The notes under the pieces are model-generated. The model saw only the letters and a list, made by a program, of their open reading frames with translations. It was not told where the DNA came from and ran no database searches. A DNA stretch of 64,000 bases from an uncultured Nitrososphaerota archaeon. GTDB taxonomy: Archaea > Korarchaeota > Korarchaeia > Korarchaeales > Korarchaeaceae. The stretch covers positions 1 to 64,000 of the forward strand of contig CAZUBM010000004.1 in NCBI GenBank assembly GCA_964618805.1, in the 5' to 3' direction. This document shows, piece by piece, positions 18,480-28,941 of this stretch (the stretch's first letter is position 1; the number at the start of each line of letters is the position of its first letter). The position numbers and the translations under genes are program-made.

Positions 18480-19064
18480 TTACTTAGGTAATCTTTCCAA
18501 GGCCTCCTTTAATGCTTTCATGGTCTCGTTTAGCATCTTTCTGGTCTCATCAGATTCTTTAATTAATGTCTCAAGAATCAACGTGAGTTTTTCAGAGATC
18601 TCACCATACTTTTCCAAGATAAGCTTGAAGTTTTCATCCGTCCTTTTGGCGAATTGCCTAAATTCCTCCCTGTAATCCCCGAACTCATTTCTATAGTCTT
18701 CAAATTCCTCCCTGTAATCCCTAAACTCCTTCCAATATTCCATAAAGGCTGCCTGCATTGCTCCAAATCCTTCTTGAAGCTCATCGCCTAACTCCCCAAA
18801 AGTTATCCTAAACTCTTTGATCTCAGGCCTTACGGGAACCTCCTCCTCTTTAATTTCTCTCACTTTTGCAAGTGGATGATCTTTTATCATTTCTAGAAAT
18901 CTTGAAATCCGTTCCTTCTCACCCTGAACAAATATCTCGACGGATCCATCAGGTAGGTTTTTGACATACCCAGTTAAATCCAGATCTTGGGCCAGATCTA
19001 ATGCGTACCTCCTAAATCCTACTCTTTGAACTTTTCCAATAACTCTTAGACGACGAGCCTCCAA
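18480..19064 (-). CDS. Acylphosphatase domain fused to a heptad-repeat coiled coil
   Basis: GKVQRVGFRR, GYVKNLPDGSVEIFVQG; C-terminal EFRDYRE-type heptads. Confidence 0.85.
   Translation of the reverse strand: MEARRLRVIGKVQRVGFRRYALDLAQDLDLTGYVKNLPDGSVEIFVQGEKERISRFLEMIKDHPLAKVREIKEEEVPVRPEIKEFRITFGELGDELQEGFGAMQAAFMEYWKEFRDYREEFEDYRNEFGDYREEFRQFAKRTDENFKLILEKYGEISEKLTLILETLIKESDETRKMLNETMKALKEALERLPK
18657..18740 (-). repeat. 21-bp (7-codon) tandem repeats encoding EF(R/E/G)DYR(E/N)
   Basis: Plus-strand units CCTAAATTCCTCCCTGTAATC / CCCGAACTCATTTCTATAGTC / TTCAAATTCCTCCCTGTAATC / CCTAAACTCCTTCCAATATTC. Confidence 0.85.
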
Positions 19065-19352
19065 TACCCTAACCTACTTTTAGATAGCTTCAAAACTCTT
19101 TATGATTTATTGCTCTCTGTCGAATTTTGATTCTTATCACCAGACCTCTCAACAAAGCTCATTAGATCGTTTGATAGCAGACTGTAAGCCATTCTATCAT
19201 CTATTAGAAGGCATTAACTTCCCCTTTCCATTAAGATTCAATTATTTTCTAAACCTATCCGCTTTCTTTTTCCTTTCCTGAACTGATTTTTTTCAAAGGG
19301 TGCTCACGGGAATATATCTTTAAAGAAAAGGAGGTAAGATCAGAAAAGACCT

Positions 19353-20267
19353 ATGAAAAGAGTGACAATTACTGGAGGAGCGGGCTTCATAGGGTATTGG
19401 ACTGCAAAACGCCTTTTAGAGGGGGGATTTGAAGTAAAAATTTTGGATAACTTCCATACTGCTCGTATGTTAGAGGGGATAAGGAAACTAGACTTAGAAA
19501 TTCTCAAGGTTGATATTAGAGATGCTAAAGTATTAGAAAATGCGCTTTATGGTTCAGATTACATTATACACCTTGCCGCTCTAATTAGTGTTGAAGAGTC
19601 CGCAGAAAAGCCAGCGCTCTACCATGAGGTCAATGCAACAGGAACTCTAAATGTCCTTAAGGCAGCGGTAAAAGCAGGAGTTGAAAAGGTTGTCTATGCG
19701 TCAAGTGCAGCAGTCTATGGGATCCCTCACGAACTTCCTATTAAAGAAGATCATCCTACTAAGCCCATTTCTGTCTATGGAGCATCTAAACTTGCTGGTG
19801 AAGCCTATTGCTCCTCTTTTTACAATACCTTTGGGCTGAAGGCGATAATTCTTAGGTATTTCAATACATATGGTCCAGGCCAGTCAGAGGAATATGCTGG
19901 GGTAATAAAAAGGTTTATTGAGAGGATCAGGGAAGGAAAACCACCCATAATATATGGAGATGGACTCCAGACGAGAGATTTCATATACGTTGAAGATGTG
20001 GCAAATGCAAACCTCTTAGCTCTTAAGAGTCCGATAGATTTTGGCATATTTAACATAGCGAGCGGTGAATCAATAACAATCCTTATTCTAGCAAATATGA
20101 TCTCCGACCTTATGGGCTCTAACCTTAAGCCAGTCTTTGCTCCTCCTAGAAAGGGGGATATCAAACATAGCAAGGCAAATATTCAAAGGGCTAAAAAGAT
20201 TCTTGGGTTTGAGCCTCAGATAAATTTGAGATCCGGCATTAGAAGGATTATTGAGAGAGGAACATAG
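19353..20267 (+). CDS. galE: NAD-dependent nucleotide-sugar epimerase/dehydratase (GalE-like), paralog of 10180-11094
   Basis: ITGGAGFIG, YGASK, LRYFNTYGP, GDGLQTRDFIYV; also 304 aa. Confidence 0.88.
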   Translation: MKRVTITGGAGFIGYWTAKRLLEGGFEVKILDNFHTARMLEGIRKLDLEILKVDIRDAKVLENALYGSDYIIHLAALISVEESAEKPALYHEVNATGTLNVLKAAVKAGVEKVVYASSAAVYGIPHELPIKEDHPTKPISVYGASKLAGEAYCSSFYNTFGLKAIILRYFNTYGPGQSEEYAGVIKRFIERIREGKPPIIYGDGLQTRDFIYVEDVANANLLALKSPIDFGIFNIASGESITILILANMISDLMGSNLKPVFAPPRKGDIKHSKANIQRAKKILGFEPQINLRSGIRRIIERGT

Positions 20268-20416
20268 ATTCATAGAGAGGTATAAGGGCCTTTGTTCTAT
20301 ACACCTAGAAATGGGAAGGTTTGAGTGATCAACTTCTCCTATTCCTCCCAACCATTTATCAGAGAGAAATGATTTGAGAGCCCTAGAGCAAAAGAAATAT
20401 TGAAGAGGAAGTGAGC

Positions 20417-20690
20417 ATGATAAAAATCGTCAAACAAAATTGCTTTACTGAAGCGCTTGTTAAGCAGCCTAACTTCATCGGATTCAAGCGTTAAAGCTGT
20501 ATTGTTGTTCGGTTCTCTGGCTTGGGGAAGAAAGGAAGAGGAGTGATGTTAATATCACGATCCTGCATTAAGGGTGTGCGATTGAGGATCCAATTCTCGG
20601 AAGGAGGCGCTTCTATCATTTATTGCATGTAGCCCACCTAAACAGCTGCGAGAATAGGGCATTCTTAAGGCCATGGTAGCCGTCCATCGA
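20417..20690 (+). pseudogene. Degraded minimal nucleotidyltransferase (MNT) gene
   Basis: Frameshifted reading gives SVKAVLLFGSLAWGRK...RSDVNITILH (GSxxxG...SDxD-like motif). End approximate. Confidence 0.55.
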
Positions 20691-20952
20691 GAGATATGTT
20701 GAGATTAAAACTCTTTAAGTACCCCTATTTTCTTAATTTTATAAGAAAATATTAAAATCTCTTTTTAGAGATATAAAAATTTATTTAGATGTATCTAAGC
20801 AAAACATTTTAATATTATCACCAGGCAGAGTTAAAGAGACTCCCATAAGAAAAATTCTTCCCTTTTTACTATACCAAGTTAAAAAGAATAAACATATCCT
20901 ATATAAATGTAGCCAAATACGAAAATACAACTTTTTATTGAAAAAACCGACG

Positions 20953-21744
20953 TCAAACATATCCTTTAACCATCCCCTTTCTTATATACTTCTTTATGAC
21001 AGCTGGACGATATCCAAAGATATTCTCTTTATAAACAATGAGCTTTAGATGATATTCCTTAATCCATTTATTTATATATGGTGTCAAGTCTTTTGTCCCT
21101 AACTTTGCTTTGACGTAATCTTCAAGATTGGAGTATTTCTGATATGCTTTAGTCTCGTGATACCATTCATTCCAGAATTGTCGAAGAAACATTCTCTTGG
21201 GAGATTTGATCCTACAATTAAACTTATAAACTTTTTTAAGATGCAATTCAACACCAAACATTTCAGGAATGTCAATTCCTTTTTTCTTTTTTTCTATAAA
21301 ATATCCGTTATTGTAAAACAAAAAGCGGTGAGGTGCTTGATAAACTGGGAACTTTGTGTGCAAAAAGTCATATTCTAGTACTGTCATGGGGGCACAGAAA
21401 ATTATATTTTTTAGTCTTTTCATATATTTTTTTAAATGAAAAATACTATTTGGACCATTTGTGTGAAAGACTTCATCGCCATCTTGTATTAGAATCCATT
21501 CCTCCTCGGCTTTTTTCATGGCAAACAGTCTTGCTTCGTATAAGAACAACTCAGGCTTAACATAGATATCGGCATCTAGTCCATATCTTTCAACAACCTC
21601 TTCAATTAGCTTTACGGTTCCATCTTCAGAGCCTTTATCTACAATTATATAATGATCAACAAAATCCTTGGTAGATTCGATAGCTATCGGAGCTGTTTGT
21701 CTCTCGTTCCAAGTACACATTACACAAGCAACTTTAGGGGACAT
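20953..21744 (-). CDS. Glycosyltransferase family 2 (GT-A), AT-rich
   Basis: CVMCTWNE, IIVDKGSEDGT, WILIQDGDE (DxD). Confidence 0.85.
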   Translation of the reverse strand: MSPKVACVMCTWNERQTAPIAIESTKDFVDHYIIVDKGSEDGTVKLIEEVVERYGLDADIYVKPELFLYEARLFAMKKAEEEWILIQDGDEVFHTNGPNSIFHLKKYMKRLKNIIFCAPMTVLEYDFLHTKFPVYQAPHRFLFYNNGYFIEKKKKGIDIPEMFGVELHLKKVYKFNCRIKSPKRMFLRQFWNEWYHETKAYQKYSNLEDYVKAKLGTKDLTPYINKWIKEYHLKLIVYKENIFGYRPAVIKKYIRKGMVKGYV

Positions 21745-21973
21745 AATTTATGATTCTTAGACTAAAAAGATTTTTTAAATCTTAAGTCTAATACAAAACT
21801 ACATCTTTAGATTAATAGATATTATTTTTTAAAGAATATAATCATTAGAATATGATCATTAATCTTAATGATGAACTCATTACAAATTCTCATAAGTTAC
21901 GCGCTATTGGATTAGTAAAGCGTTGTCTTAAGCCTCTCTTACCTTATTCTGATGGATTTTAGCTAGCGCGCTG

Positions 21974-22813
21974 CTAGTCCCTAGGTTTTTTATGCATACA
22001 ATCTCTTTTGCTTAACCAGGTTCTGTATTTCTTATCAACAAGTATTGAGCTCCTTAATAGAGTGTTGAATGAGGTTATTGAGGCTAAATATCTTATATCC
22101 TTCGGCAGACAATGTCCCCCAATGCCGTTTCTCGCCTCTAAAATTTCGATGTTCCATTTAGTATTACAGGCATCACGTACTTCTTCAAAATCTATACCCA
22201 GCTCCTCACAGATCATCCTTAGTTCTTCAGCAAAGGCTATTTGAACGTAACGATATGCATTTTCCGCTATCTTAGACATTTCAGCTACTTCAACAGATGA
22301 GACAACGTGAAGAGGAATGTCTAAGAAGTCTCTGTAAAATTCTATGCCTATCTTGAGGCTCTCAGGGTTAACACCACCAATAACTCTAATCTGCTTGACT
22401 CCATACTTGTCTGGTCTTTCAGCCCAATATCTGTGTGGTACGTGGACAAGATAAATTCTTTTTTCGAAGATTTCCTCAAAAATCTTCCGAGATAAGCCTG
22501 GGATTATCGTACTTTCAATAGAAACTAATGGAACTGGCCGGGTGTCTATTCTCTTTTTTATTTTCTTACAGACATCGATAATTGGAGAGATATCAGGACT
22601 TTCCCCCTTTAGCCCCGTATATACGCATATCAAATAAACGTTTGAAGGAGGGATTTCATCCCAAGAGCACGTAGAGTTTATGATTCCCTCCTTTTTAGCT
22701 CGTTCTACGGCCTCCGAGCTGATATCGTACCCCCAGACCTCAAGTCCCTTGTTAACTACATATTTTGCGGTTGCCAAACCAATCGTACCTAGACCTATAA
22801 CGCAAACTCTCAT
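21974..22813 (-). CDS. Nucleotide-sugar dehydrogenase (UDP-Glc/GDP-Man/UDP-ManNAc family), lacking the C-terminal domain
   Basis: VIGLGTIG, IESTIIPG, AEMSKIAENAYR, GIGGHCLPKD; only 279 aa. Confidence 0.85.
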   Translation of the reverse strand: MRVCVIGLGTIGLATAKYVVNKGLEVWGYDISSEAVERAKKEGIINSTCSWDEIPPSNVYLICVYTGLKGESPDISPIIDVCKKIKKRIDTRPVPLVSIESTIIPGLSRKIFEEIFEKRIYLVHVPHRYWAERPDKYGVKQIRVIGGVNPESLKIGIEFYRDFLDIPLHVVSSVEVAEMSKIAENAYRYVQIAFAEELRMICEELGIDFEEVRDACNTKWNIEILEARNGIGGHCLPKDIRYLASITSFNTLLRSSILVDKKYRTWLSKRDCMHKKPRD

Positions 22814-23225
22814 TCAAATCCCCTTGAATTGGTTTTTGATCTTGATAAACACCCATAAAAATGGTTTGTATCAAGCAAGAAATGACAATTATAAACATTT
22901 AGAGGATCCTCATACTCTGAGAAGAATAGGAAAACTCACTATTCAGGTGATTCGTGATCATTAAATAAAGGTTTTCCATATGAGCTCTCTCCTTTGTTAG
23001 CCTCTTCCAACGAGTAGTTTAAAGGCATACATATGCATATCCAAAAAAGCTAGAAGTTCAGAACTATCCTATAAGCCCTAGTCCATTCCTAGCCTTAGAT
23101 AGAAGCTAAACTCCTTACCATTGCTCATCTCAAGAATCTCTGTGAAGAAAAAGAAGAAAGACCCAAGTAAGTTTTGACAATGAGTTTAATGCTTAAAAAA
23201 AAGACTCAGCCATTTGAGTTAACGT

Positions 23226-24182
23226 ATGTCTAGAAGAATCTTAATATTAGCTGGAGGTGGGGGTCACACTGGCTACGGTTATGCTTTGGCTCAAAGGCTC
23301 TATGGTAGGGCTCATCTGCATTTTTTGGTTCCTGAGGGGGATGTTTTAAGTCAGAAAAGGCTTAGTAAGTTTGGATATGTTGATTTCCTATTGAAGGCCC
23401 GCGGACCTAAAACTCCTACGTCGGAGTTCTTACCTAAACTGCTCAGGGCATTCGCTAAATCCTATAACAAGATATCTAGAGGATATGATGTTGTAGTTAG
23501 CACGGGTAGCAATTTTTGCATTCCACCCGGTCTGTTTGCCTGGCTTAAAGGAATTCCTTTAGTTAATATTGAGAGTCCAGTTCGCTTCACTAAACCTTCT
23601 AAGACCGCTTACATTCTACAGCACTTTTCAGACATAACCGCCTTGCATTGGGAGGAGCAGAAAAAGCTGTTAAAAAGAGGCATTGTTGTCGGACCTTTAC
23701 TTCCCAAACCCGAGGTTCAACCTTGGAATGGTGGCTACATCCTCATAACTGGAGGAACACAAGGCCATAAGCAACTTTTTGACGTTATTTCAGAGAGCAA
23801 CCTAGAAAACGTTGTTTTACAAACGGGTCGTATAGATCCTGAACCATATAGGAAAAAGCATCCTGAATGGAAAATTATTGATTTTTCTACTAAATTTCAT
23901 GAGCTCATTGCTGGAGCGGATGTAGTTGTAACGCATTTTGGCGCTACAATCTTAGAGACGTTGGTTTATCGGAAACCAGCTGTTATTGTACCTAATCCGG
24001 AGTGGACCAGAACTGCTGGGATAGAGGATGCAAAATACTTAGCAAAAAAGGTCAATGCTACATTAGTAACCAAGATAACCTTAAGGAACTTGCTAAAGGC
24101 CATAGAAGAATCAAAAGACAGAAGGTCCCCTAAATTTTCTGACGGTGCTAAGAATTTAGCTAATTTAATTCTTAAGCTTTAG
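23226..24182 (+). CDS. GT28-like / Alg14-Alg13 fusion (Agl24-type) UDP-GlcNAc transferase
   Basis: AGGGGHT, STGSNFCIP, NIESPVRFTKPSKT, HWEEQ (Alg14-like half); ITGGTQG, VVLQTG, VVTHFG (Alg13-like half). Confidence 0.75.
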   Translation: MSRRILILAGGGGHTGYGYALAQRLYGRAHLHFLVPEGDVLSQKRLSKFGYVDFLLKARGPKTPTSEFLPKLLRAFAKSYNKISRGYDVVVSTGSNFCIPPGLFAWLKGIPLVNIESPVRFTKPSKTAYILQHFSDITALHWEEQKKLLKRGIVVGPLLPKPEVQPWNGGYILITGGTQGHKQLFDVISESNLENVVLQTGRIDPEPYRKKHPEWKIIDFSTKFHELIAGADVVVTHFGATILETLVYRKPAVIVPNPEWTRTAGIEDAKYLAKKVNATLVTKITLRNLLKAIEESKDRRSPKFSDGAKNLANLILKL

Positions 24183-24232
24183 GAATAAGAACTTAGATCT
24201 CTATCTTAAGGATCCTATAGGATATCAGGTAC

Positions 24233-25045
24233 TTATTTGATTATTTGTAATCTTTGCCTCAGGGGCGCCTTAACAGGTTTATCCTTTAACTTAGCATCCC
24301 TCCACTCAAGTAACCAACCGCAAATCATCAAAGGCCTTAAACGCAGCAAAGAATGTCCAAGCGTTCTCAATAGACTTATTCCTAGAGCATACCTTCCTCT
24401 TCCACGGTTTATCTGCCCGTTTATTATGGTTTTCAGGGATATCTGCCTTATATGGTAGACTTTGACTTTTTTAGTGGATATGCTCCTCCAATTCATTTTC
24501 TCAAATCTTAAGTCAATATCTGTGTCTGGCGTGGGGACATCTCTGAATCCTCCTATTGCATCTAAACTCTTTTTCAGTACTATTCTTGCTGCTCCTCTAG
24601 GTTTTTTACCCAGAGGGGTGAATTCGTAAGTTCTTTCCCAAGCACTCACTAATTTGTTTAGTAAGGTGAATGGATAGGTTACAATGTGAGCTGCAACTGA
24701 AACAGTACTTCCACGGATCAATGGAATTAAATCTCTGAAGAAATTTGATGGAACCACGATATCTGCGTCAACTATGCTGATATATTCACCTTTAGATTTC
24801 AAATATCCAGTTTGTAAGGCTTCAGAATAGCTGTTTCTCCATCTCTTCCAGGTTTTTTCGATAACCATAACCCCATATTTCTGCGCCTTTTCAACAGTCC
24901 TGTCAGTACATCTATCCGCTACAAGTATTACTTCACTTTCAAATCCCTTTAGGGCTTTTAGTAAGCTAGATAAGCAACTATCAACGTATTTTTCTTCGTT
25001 GTGAGCGCATACTATAACTGAGACCAGTGGTCTTTTTTCCTTCAT
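24233..25045 (-). CDS. Glycosyltransferase family 2
   Basis: VSVIVCAHNEE, VADRCTDRT, IVDAD. Confidence 0.88.
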   Translation of the reverse strand: MKEKRPLVSVIVCAHNEEKYVDSCLSSLLKALKGFESEVILVADRCTDRTVEKAQKYGVMVIEKTWKRWRNSYSEALQTGYLKSKGEYISIVDADIVVPSNFFRDLIPLIRGSTVSVAAHIVTYPFTLLNKLVSAWERTYEFTPLGKKPRGAARIVLKKSLDAIGGFRDVPTPDTDIDLRFEKMNWRSISTKKVKVYHIRQISLKTIINGQINRGRGRYALGISLLRTLGHSLLRLRPLMICGWLLEWRDAKLKDKPVKAPLRQRLQIIK

Positions 25046-25359
25046 AATTTTTTCCCCGCTGAACTTGAAAAACTAATCTTGTATCATAAAAGTTTGATGA
25101 TTAACTAAATTAGGGTTGATAAGGGGCTAATGCTTAAGGAATAAAGAGCTTACCATTAAACAAGTGATAGAGGGCATTTATGGTCCTAAACTACAAGATT
25201 GATGAGCCCATCCCTATATAGTGTTGTGTCATCTCTTGAGAAAAGAGACAATATGGTAGATTTTATAATAGAGCTGGATCTGAGATAAAATAAACGTTAT
25301 ATAGTAATTTCTTTGTGAAAGTACTATTAAAGTGAGTTTCATAATAGCGAGGGATTTTC

Positions 25360-26922
25360 ATGAAGAATCAGCAGGATAAGGCCTTTAAAAGAGTGCTGGT
25401 GCTTGTCTTCGACGGACTTTCTCCTAAGAAAACGAAAGAATGGTCAGATAGCGGTCAACTTCCATCTTTCAATAGATTGATGAAAGAGGGTGCCTTTGGA
25501 GTTTTAAGGTCAACTATCCCACCAGTAACGGCTCCTGCCTCTGCAGCGGTAATGACTGGCGTACAACCAGGAAAAAGTGGTATATATGACTTGTATGAGA
25601 TCGATAGGGAAAAGTTGTCCAGAACCAGATTAAATTACCTCGGTAAATCAAGAGTTCCCACAATAATCGATGTAGCGAACATGCTGGGAATCTCAGTTGG
25701 GGTTTTTGGCATTCCTTTACTATATCCCGTTCCAAAACCAATAAATGGCTTTGCAGTAGCAGGATTTGGTGTCCCGTCCAACACCAGATTTGCAGAACCC
25801 GAATCCATCTTCAGGAGACTTAAGAAGGAAGGATACTTACCAGGTGGCATTATAATCGACCTCTCAGATCCTGAGATCCTTAAGAAACTTATTAGTTGGA
25901 TGAAGAAGGAATGGGAGTTGTTTAAGTCATTATGGATGGAATATAAGCCAGAAATTTCAATCTACTGGATTACAGGATCGGACCATGCCTCTCATTATTT
26001 TTGGGTTGACCAAGAAAAATTACTAAAAGTTTACAAGACAGCAGACGAGATACTTCAGGACGCCCTCACTCTAGTTAGTCAAGATACCTTGCTTATAATT
26101 ATGAGCGATCACGGCTTTTCCTCAATAAAAAACAGTTTCTTCCCCAATGCTTTGCTTTGGAAGCATGGATATCTGGCGTTCAGAAGATCCCTGATAACGC
26201 CTATAAAACTCATAGCCACTAGATTTGTGAGATGGGCGAGAAAGGTATTTCCAACTATAGACGCAGCGGCTGCTTTGGGTATCGCAACGAGAGAATCTCT
26301 TGTAAAAAAATTCGTTAGGTCTTTTATCTTATCATATAGAGATCTAGATTACAAGAAAACTAAGGCTCTTGCTATTGGTTCGCCTACAGAATTTTCGTTC
26401 ATTTTTCTAAGGAATGATTTGAAGGAGGGTGTCAAGGATAAAGAAAAGAGGTGTATTCAAGATCTAAAGGAGATCTTCTCCAACATCAATGTAGTTGAAG
26501 AAGTATTAGAGGGAAATGTCGTTTACAAGGGAACTGCTTTGGAAGAAGCCCCCGATTTAATAGTGAAACTAAAGGATGATGTTGTTTCGATGACTTCAAA
26601 TATCCCACACAGTAAGACATCTGTTGGAGGACCACCTTGGTCACAGTTCAGAGGCAAGCATCAGAGAAATGGGATTATCGGTATCTTAGGTCCCGGGGTA
26701 AAAAAAGGAGCTAAGCTAGTCTCGGACATATGCGATATCCTACCAACAATTTTACACGCTCTTGGCTATCCCATCCCGGACTACGTAGATGGTAAACCCA
26801 TAATAGATGCATTTATAGAGGAAAGTCCTATGAAAGGAGGAATTAGGTTCTTCTCACCTGTAAAGCTCAGAACTCGCTATGTAGTAAAGTCGATAAAGAG
26901 AAAATTATCCTATAGAAAATAA
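25360..26922 (+). CDS. Alkaline-phosphatase-superfamily (NPP/type I phosphodiesterase-like) protein, second paralog
   Basis: LVFDGL, STIPPVTAPA (Thr nucleophile), DHASHYFW, IMSDHGF, GKHQRNG, DILPTIL. Confidence 0.85.
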   Translation: MKNQQDKAFKRVLVLVFDGLSPKKTKEWSDSGQLPSFNRLMKEGAFGVLRSTIPPVTAPASAAVMTGVQPGKSGIYDLYEIDREKLSRTRLNYLGKSRVPTIIDVANMLGISVGVFGIPLLYPVPKPINGFAVAGFGVPSNTRFAEPESIFRRLKKEGYLPGGIIIDLSDPEILKKLISWMKKEWELFKSLWMEYKPEISIYWITGSDHASHYFWVDQEKLLKVYKTADEILQDALTLVSQDTLLIIMSDHGFSSIKNSFFPNALLWKHGYLAFRRSLITPIKLIATRFVRWARKVFPTIDAAAALGIATRESLVKKFVRSFILSYRDLDYKKTKALAIGSPTEFSFIFLRNDLKEGVKDKEKRCIQDLKEIFSNINVVEEVLEGNVVYKGTALEEAPDLIVKLKDDVVSMTSNIPHSKTSVGGPPWSQFRGKHQRNGIIGILGPGVKKGAKLVSDICDILPTILHALGYPIPDYVDGKPIIDAFIEESPMKGGIRFFSPVKLRTRYVVKSIKRKLSYRK

Positions 26923-27089
26923 CTCGGTAGAAAGGAATTTCAAGTCTTTACTAAGTTTTTGACCTTTCTCGGAATCAGATAAGCTTTATTATGATTAACT
27001 TTTGCCTTTTTTACTTTCTCTACAAGAATGAGATAACAGATTTAGTTTCAATTTGATTGAGTAGCTAGACAAAGGCTTTCTAGTTTTTA

Positions 27090-27949
27090 CTCTTTTAACT
27101 ATGAGGTAAGGGACTGTTCTGAATATCGGACATTCACATTGCAAGGATTTTAGAAAACAAACTTCTCACCTAAGAATTCACCATGGTCTGGATTAGAACA
27201 ACCCGCCCGTCAAGTCGCCTTATAACAAACGTAAGTGTCTCTAGCACTATCAAAAGATTAGCGGCATATGCCTTTCATGGTTCATTGATGCCGCATATCC
27301 TTCTTGTTGCATCTAAAGAGCATGAAGGTGCAGTTTAAGCAATTCCCTCGTCTTAAAAGTTATTCCTTTGCTTAGATCTAGCTCTTTGAAAATCCCATCA
27401 GCAATTTGACGATCCTCTCCATACTATTGTAAAATCCTCTACGTCTCTGAGAGGATATTCCGCTTAGAACTTCTCCTTTTTGAAAATCTGAAGCTGGAAA
27501 ACCAGAAACAAAGTATCTTGGCATATATAAAGAGTGTGAGGTTGGAGATGATGAGCAATGATTCTCTTATCCCTTCCTCTCTTTAATGTGTCTAAAAGAG
27601 TTTTGTGACCTTGCTTGGCAAAACTGTGCCCAACACTCAAATCCAAAGCATAAACCCACACATCTATAATTCTTGCAAAGCGAGACCTTGCAGAAAATCC
27701 TCCAAATTGTAAGGGAGAGGAATTAATAAATGGATTAGCCGAGATATATATTGTATCACTGTAAAGTGATGTGAAAGTGTTTTTAAACCACTCAGAAGTA
27801 CAAGAGCCTCTAGATGTTATCTTTAGAAGTTCTCCTTCAAAAAAATATCGATAAAATCTTTCAAAAAAATCGAACCTACAAGCGTCCAGAATAATAGCAA
27901 CATCCCAATCCTGATCCATTAGATTAAAGGCTTCCCTGATGAGCGTCAC
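27090..27949 (-). pseudogene. Degraded sulfatase-like / AP-superfamily gene
   Basis: DWDVAIILDACRFD, SRGSCTSEW, ISANP and HLQPH lie in ORF 27464-27949. DHGEFLGE and VPYLIV occur in broken frames near 27100-27200. End approximate. Confidence 0.65.
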
Positions 27950-28173
27950 CTTTTAAGAGATTTTCAGATGATTATATTAACCTTTAGCCTGCGTTAAATC
28001 AACATGAAGGTAATAACTATCATTAGAAAACATGATTGCTGCAACTTTCTGTCAGCTGTTTTAATTAAGAGTAGCTGCCATTACTTCTTTGTTTTAAAGA
28101 CATTGACGCAAGTCTTCATCGCTTAACTATATTATCCTCTCTTAAAACATTTGGCCTTATTACAAAAGTTAAA

Positions 28174-28941
28174 TCATTGTAATTGTGCTTCTGTTCCAAA
28201 GAACTTCCTAAGATCCTTTAATGTACCAAAATCAAACGCACCACTTTCTTCATCAATCACTATAACCCTAAAAGATTCAAGATCGATTTTTCTTAATAAT
28301 GGAGAAAAAGGAAGCAATCTAAAGCTAATATCAGCACCAGGCGCCAAGGGGGAGACGGCTGGTAGGATTACAAGACAAGAATCATTCATCTTTCTAACCA
28401 AGTGACACTTAAACTTAGTTTTAGCTCCAACTTCATCTCTAAAGGTTATTGCTGGATGCTCGTGACCCATAACGATAATTCTTGCTCGTTTGAAAACTTC
28501 TTCTGGGACTCTCTTATGGCCGTGAACAAAAAGATATCTCCGAAGTAAAAAGAAAGGGTCATGGAAGGGTACTCGTCTTCTTTTGAGGATGGGGATGAGG
28601 TAATTATCGTGGTTCCCTCTAACAATGTGTAGTGCCACCCTTTGCTGAAGAGTATCTAATAGATCTAGAACCTCTATCCACTCCTGCCTACTTGCCTCTC
28701 CGAACTCGTGTTTTACATCTCCAACGATTATCAGAAGCCGGGGATTCAACTCATCCAAAAGATAAAGAACCCTCTCCTTTATTTTTGGATACTGGCTCTT
28801 GGGAAGGTGTATTCCCAACTCTAGGAGGGCCTCCTCATAACCTATGTGAAGATCTGCTATCGCTAATGCCTTGATTTCCTTTATGAAGACACCATAGGGA
28901 ACCAGCTCGATCCCTTCAATTATCTCCACCTTTTGCAACAT
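28174..28941 (-). CDS. Calcineurin-like metallophosphoesterase, Lhr-associated type
   Basis: ADLHIGYE, GDVKHEF, RGNHD, HGH, MGHEHP; overlaps the lhr 3' end. Confidence 0.9.
   Translation of the reverse strand: MLQKVEIIEGIELVPYGVFIKEIKALAIADLHIGYEEALLELGIHLPKSQYPKIKERVLYLLDELNPRLLIIVGDVKHEFGEASRQEWIEVLDLLDTLQQRVALHIVRGNHDNYLIPILKRRRVPFHDPFFLLRRYLFVHGHKRVPEEVFKRARIIVMGHEHPAITFRDEVGAKTKFKCHLVRKMNDSCLVILPAVSPLAPGADISFRLLPFSPLLRKIDLESFRVIVIDEESGAFDFGTLKDLRKFFGTEAQLQ

Larger units (their letters stand above)
17711..20267 (+). repeat. Copy B of the diverged segmental duplication (partner 9043-11094)
   Basis: Begins abruptly inside the manC cupin region (AAGGGGGTGGCCAAGG vs AAGGGGATGGCTAAGG). Gene order is conserved through GalE. 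Confidence 0.88.

Noticed and set aside
21757-21791. dif site for XerA
   Set aside because: Arm and spacer geometry does not fit 11-6-11, and it overlaps a promoter.
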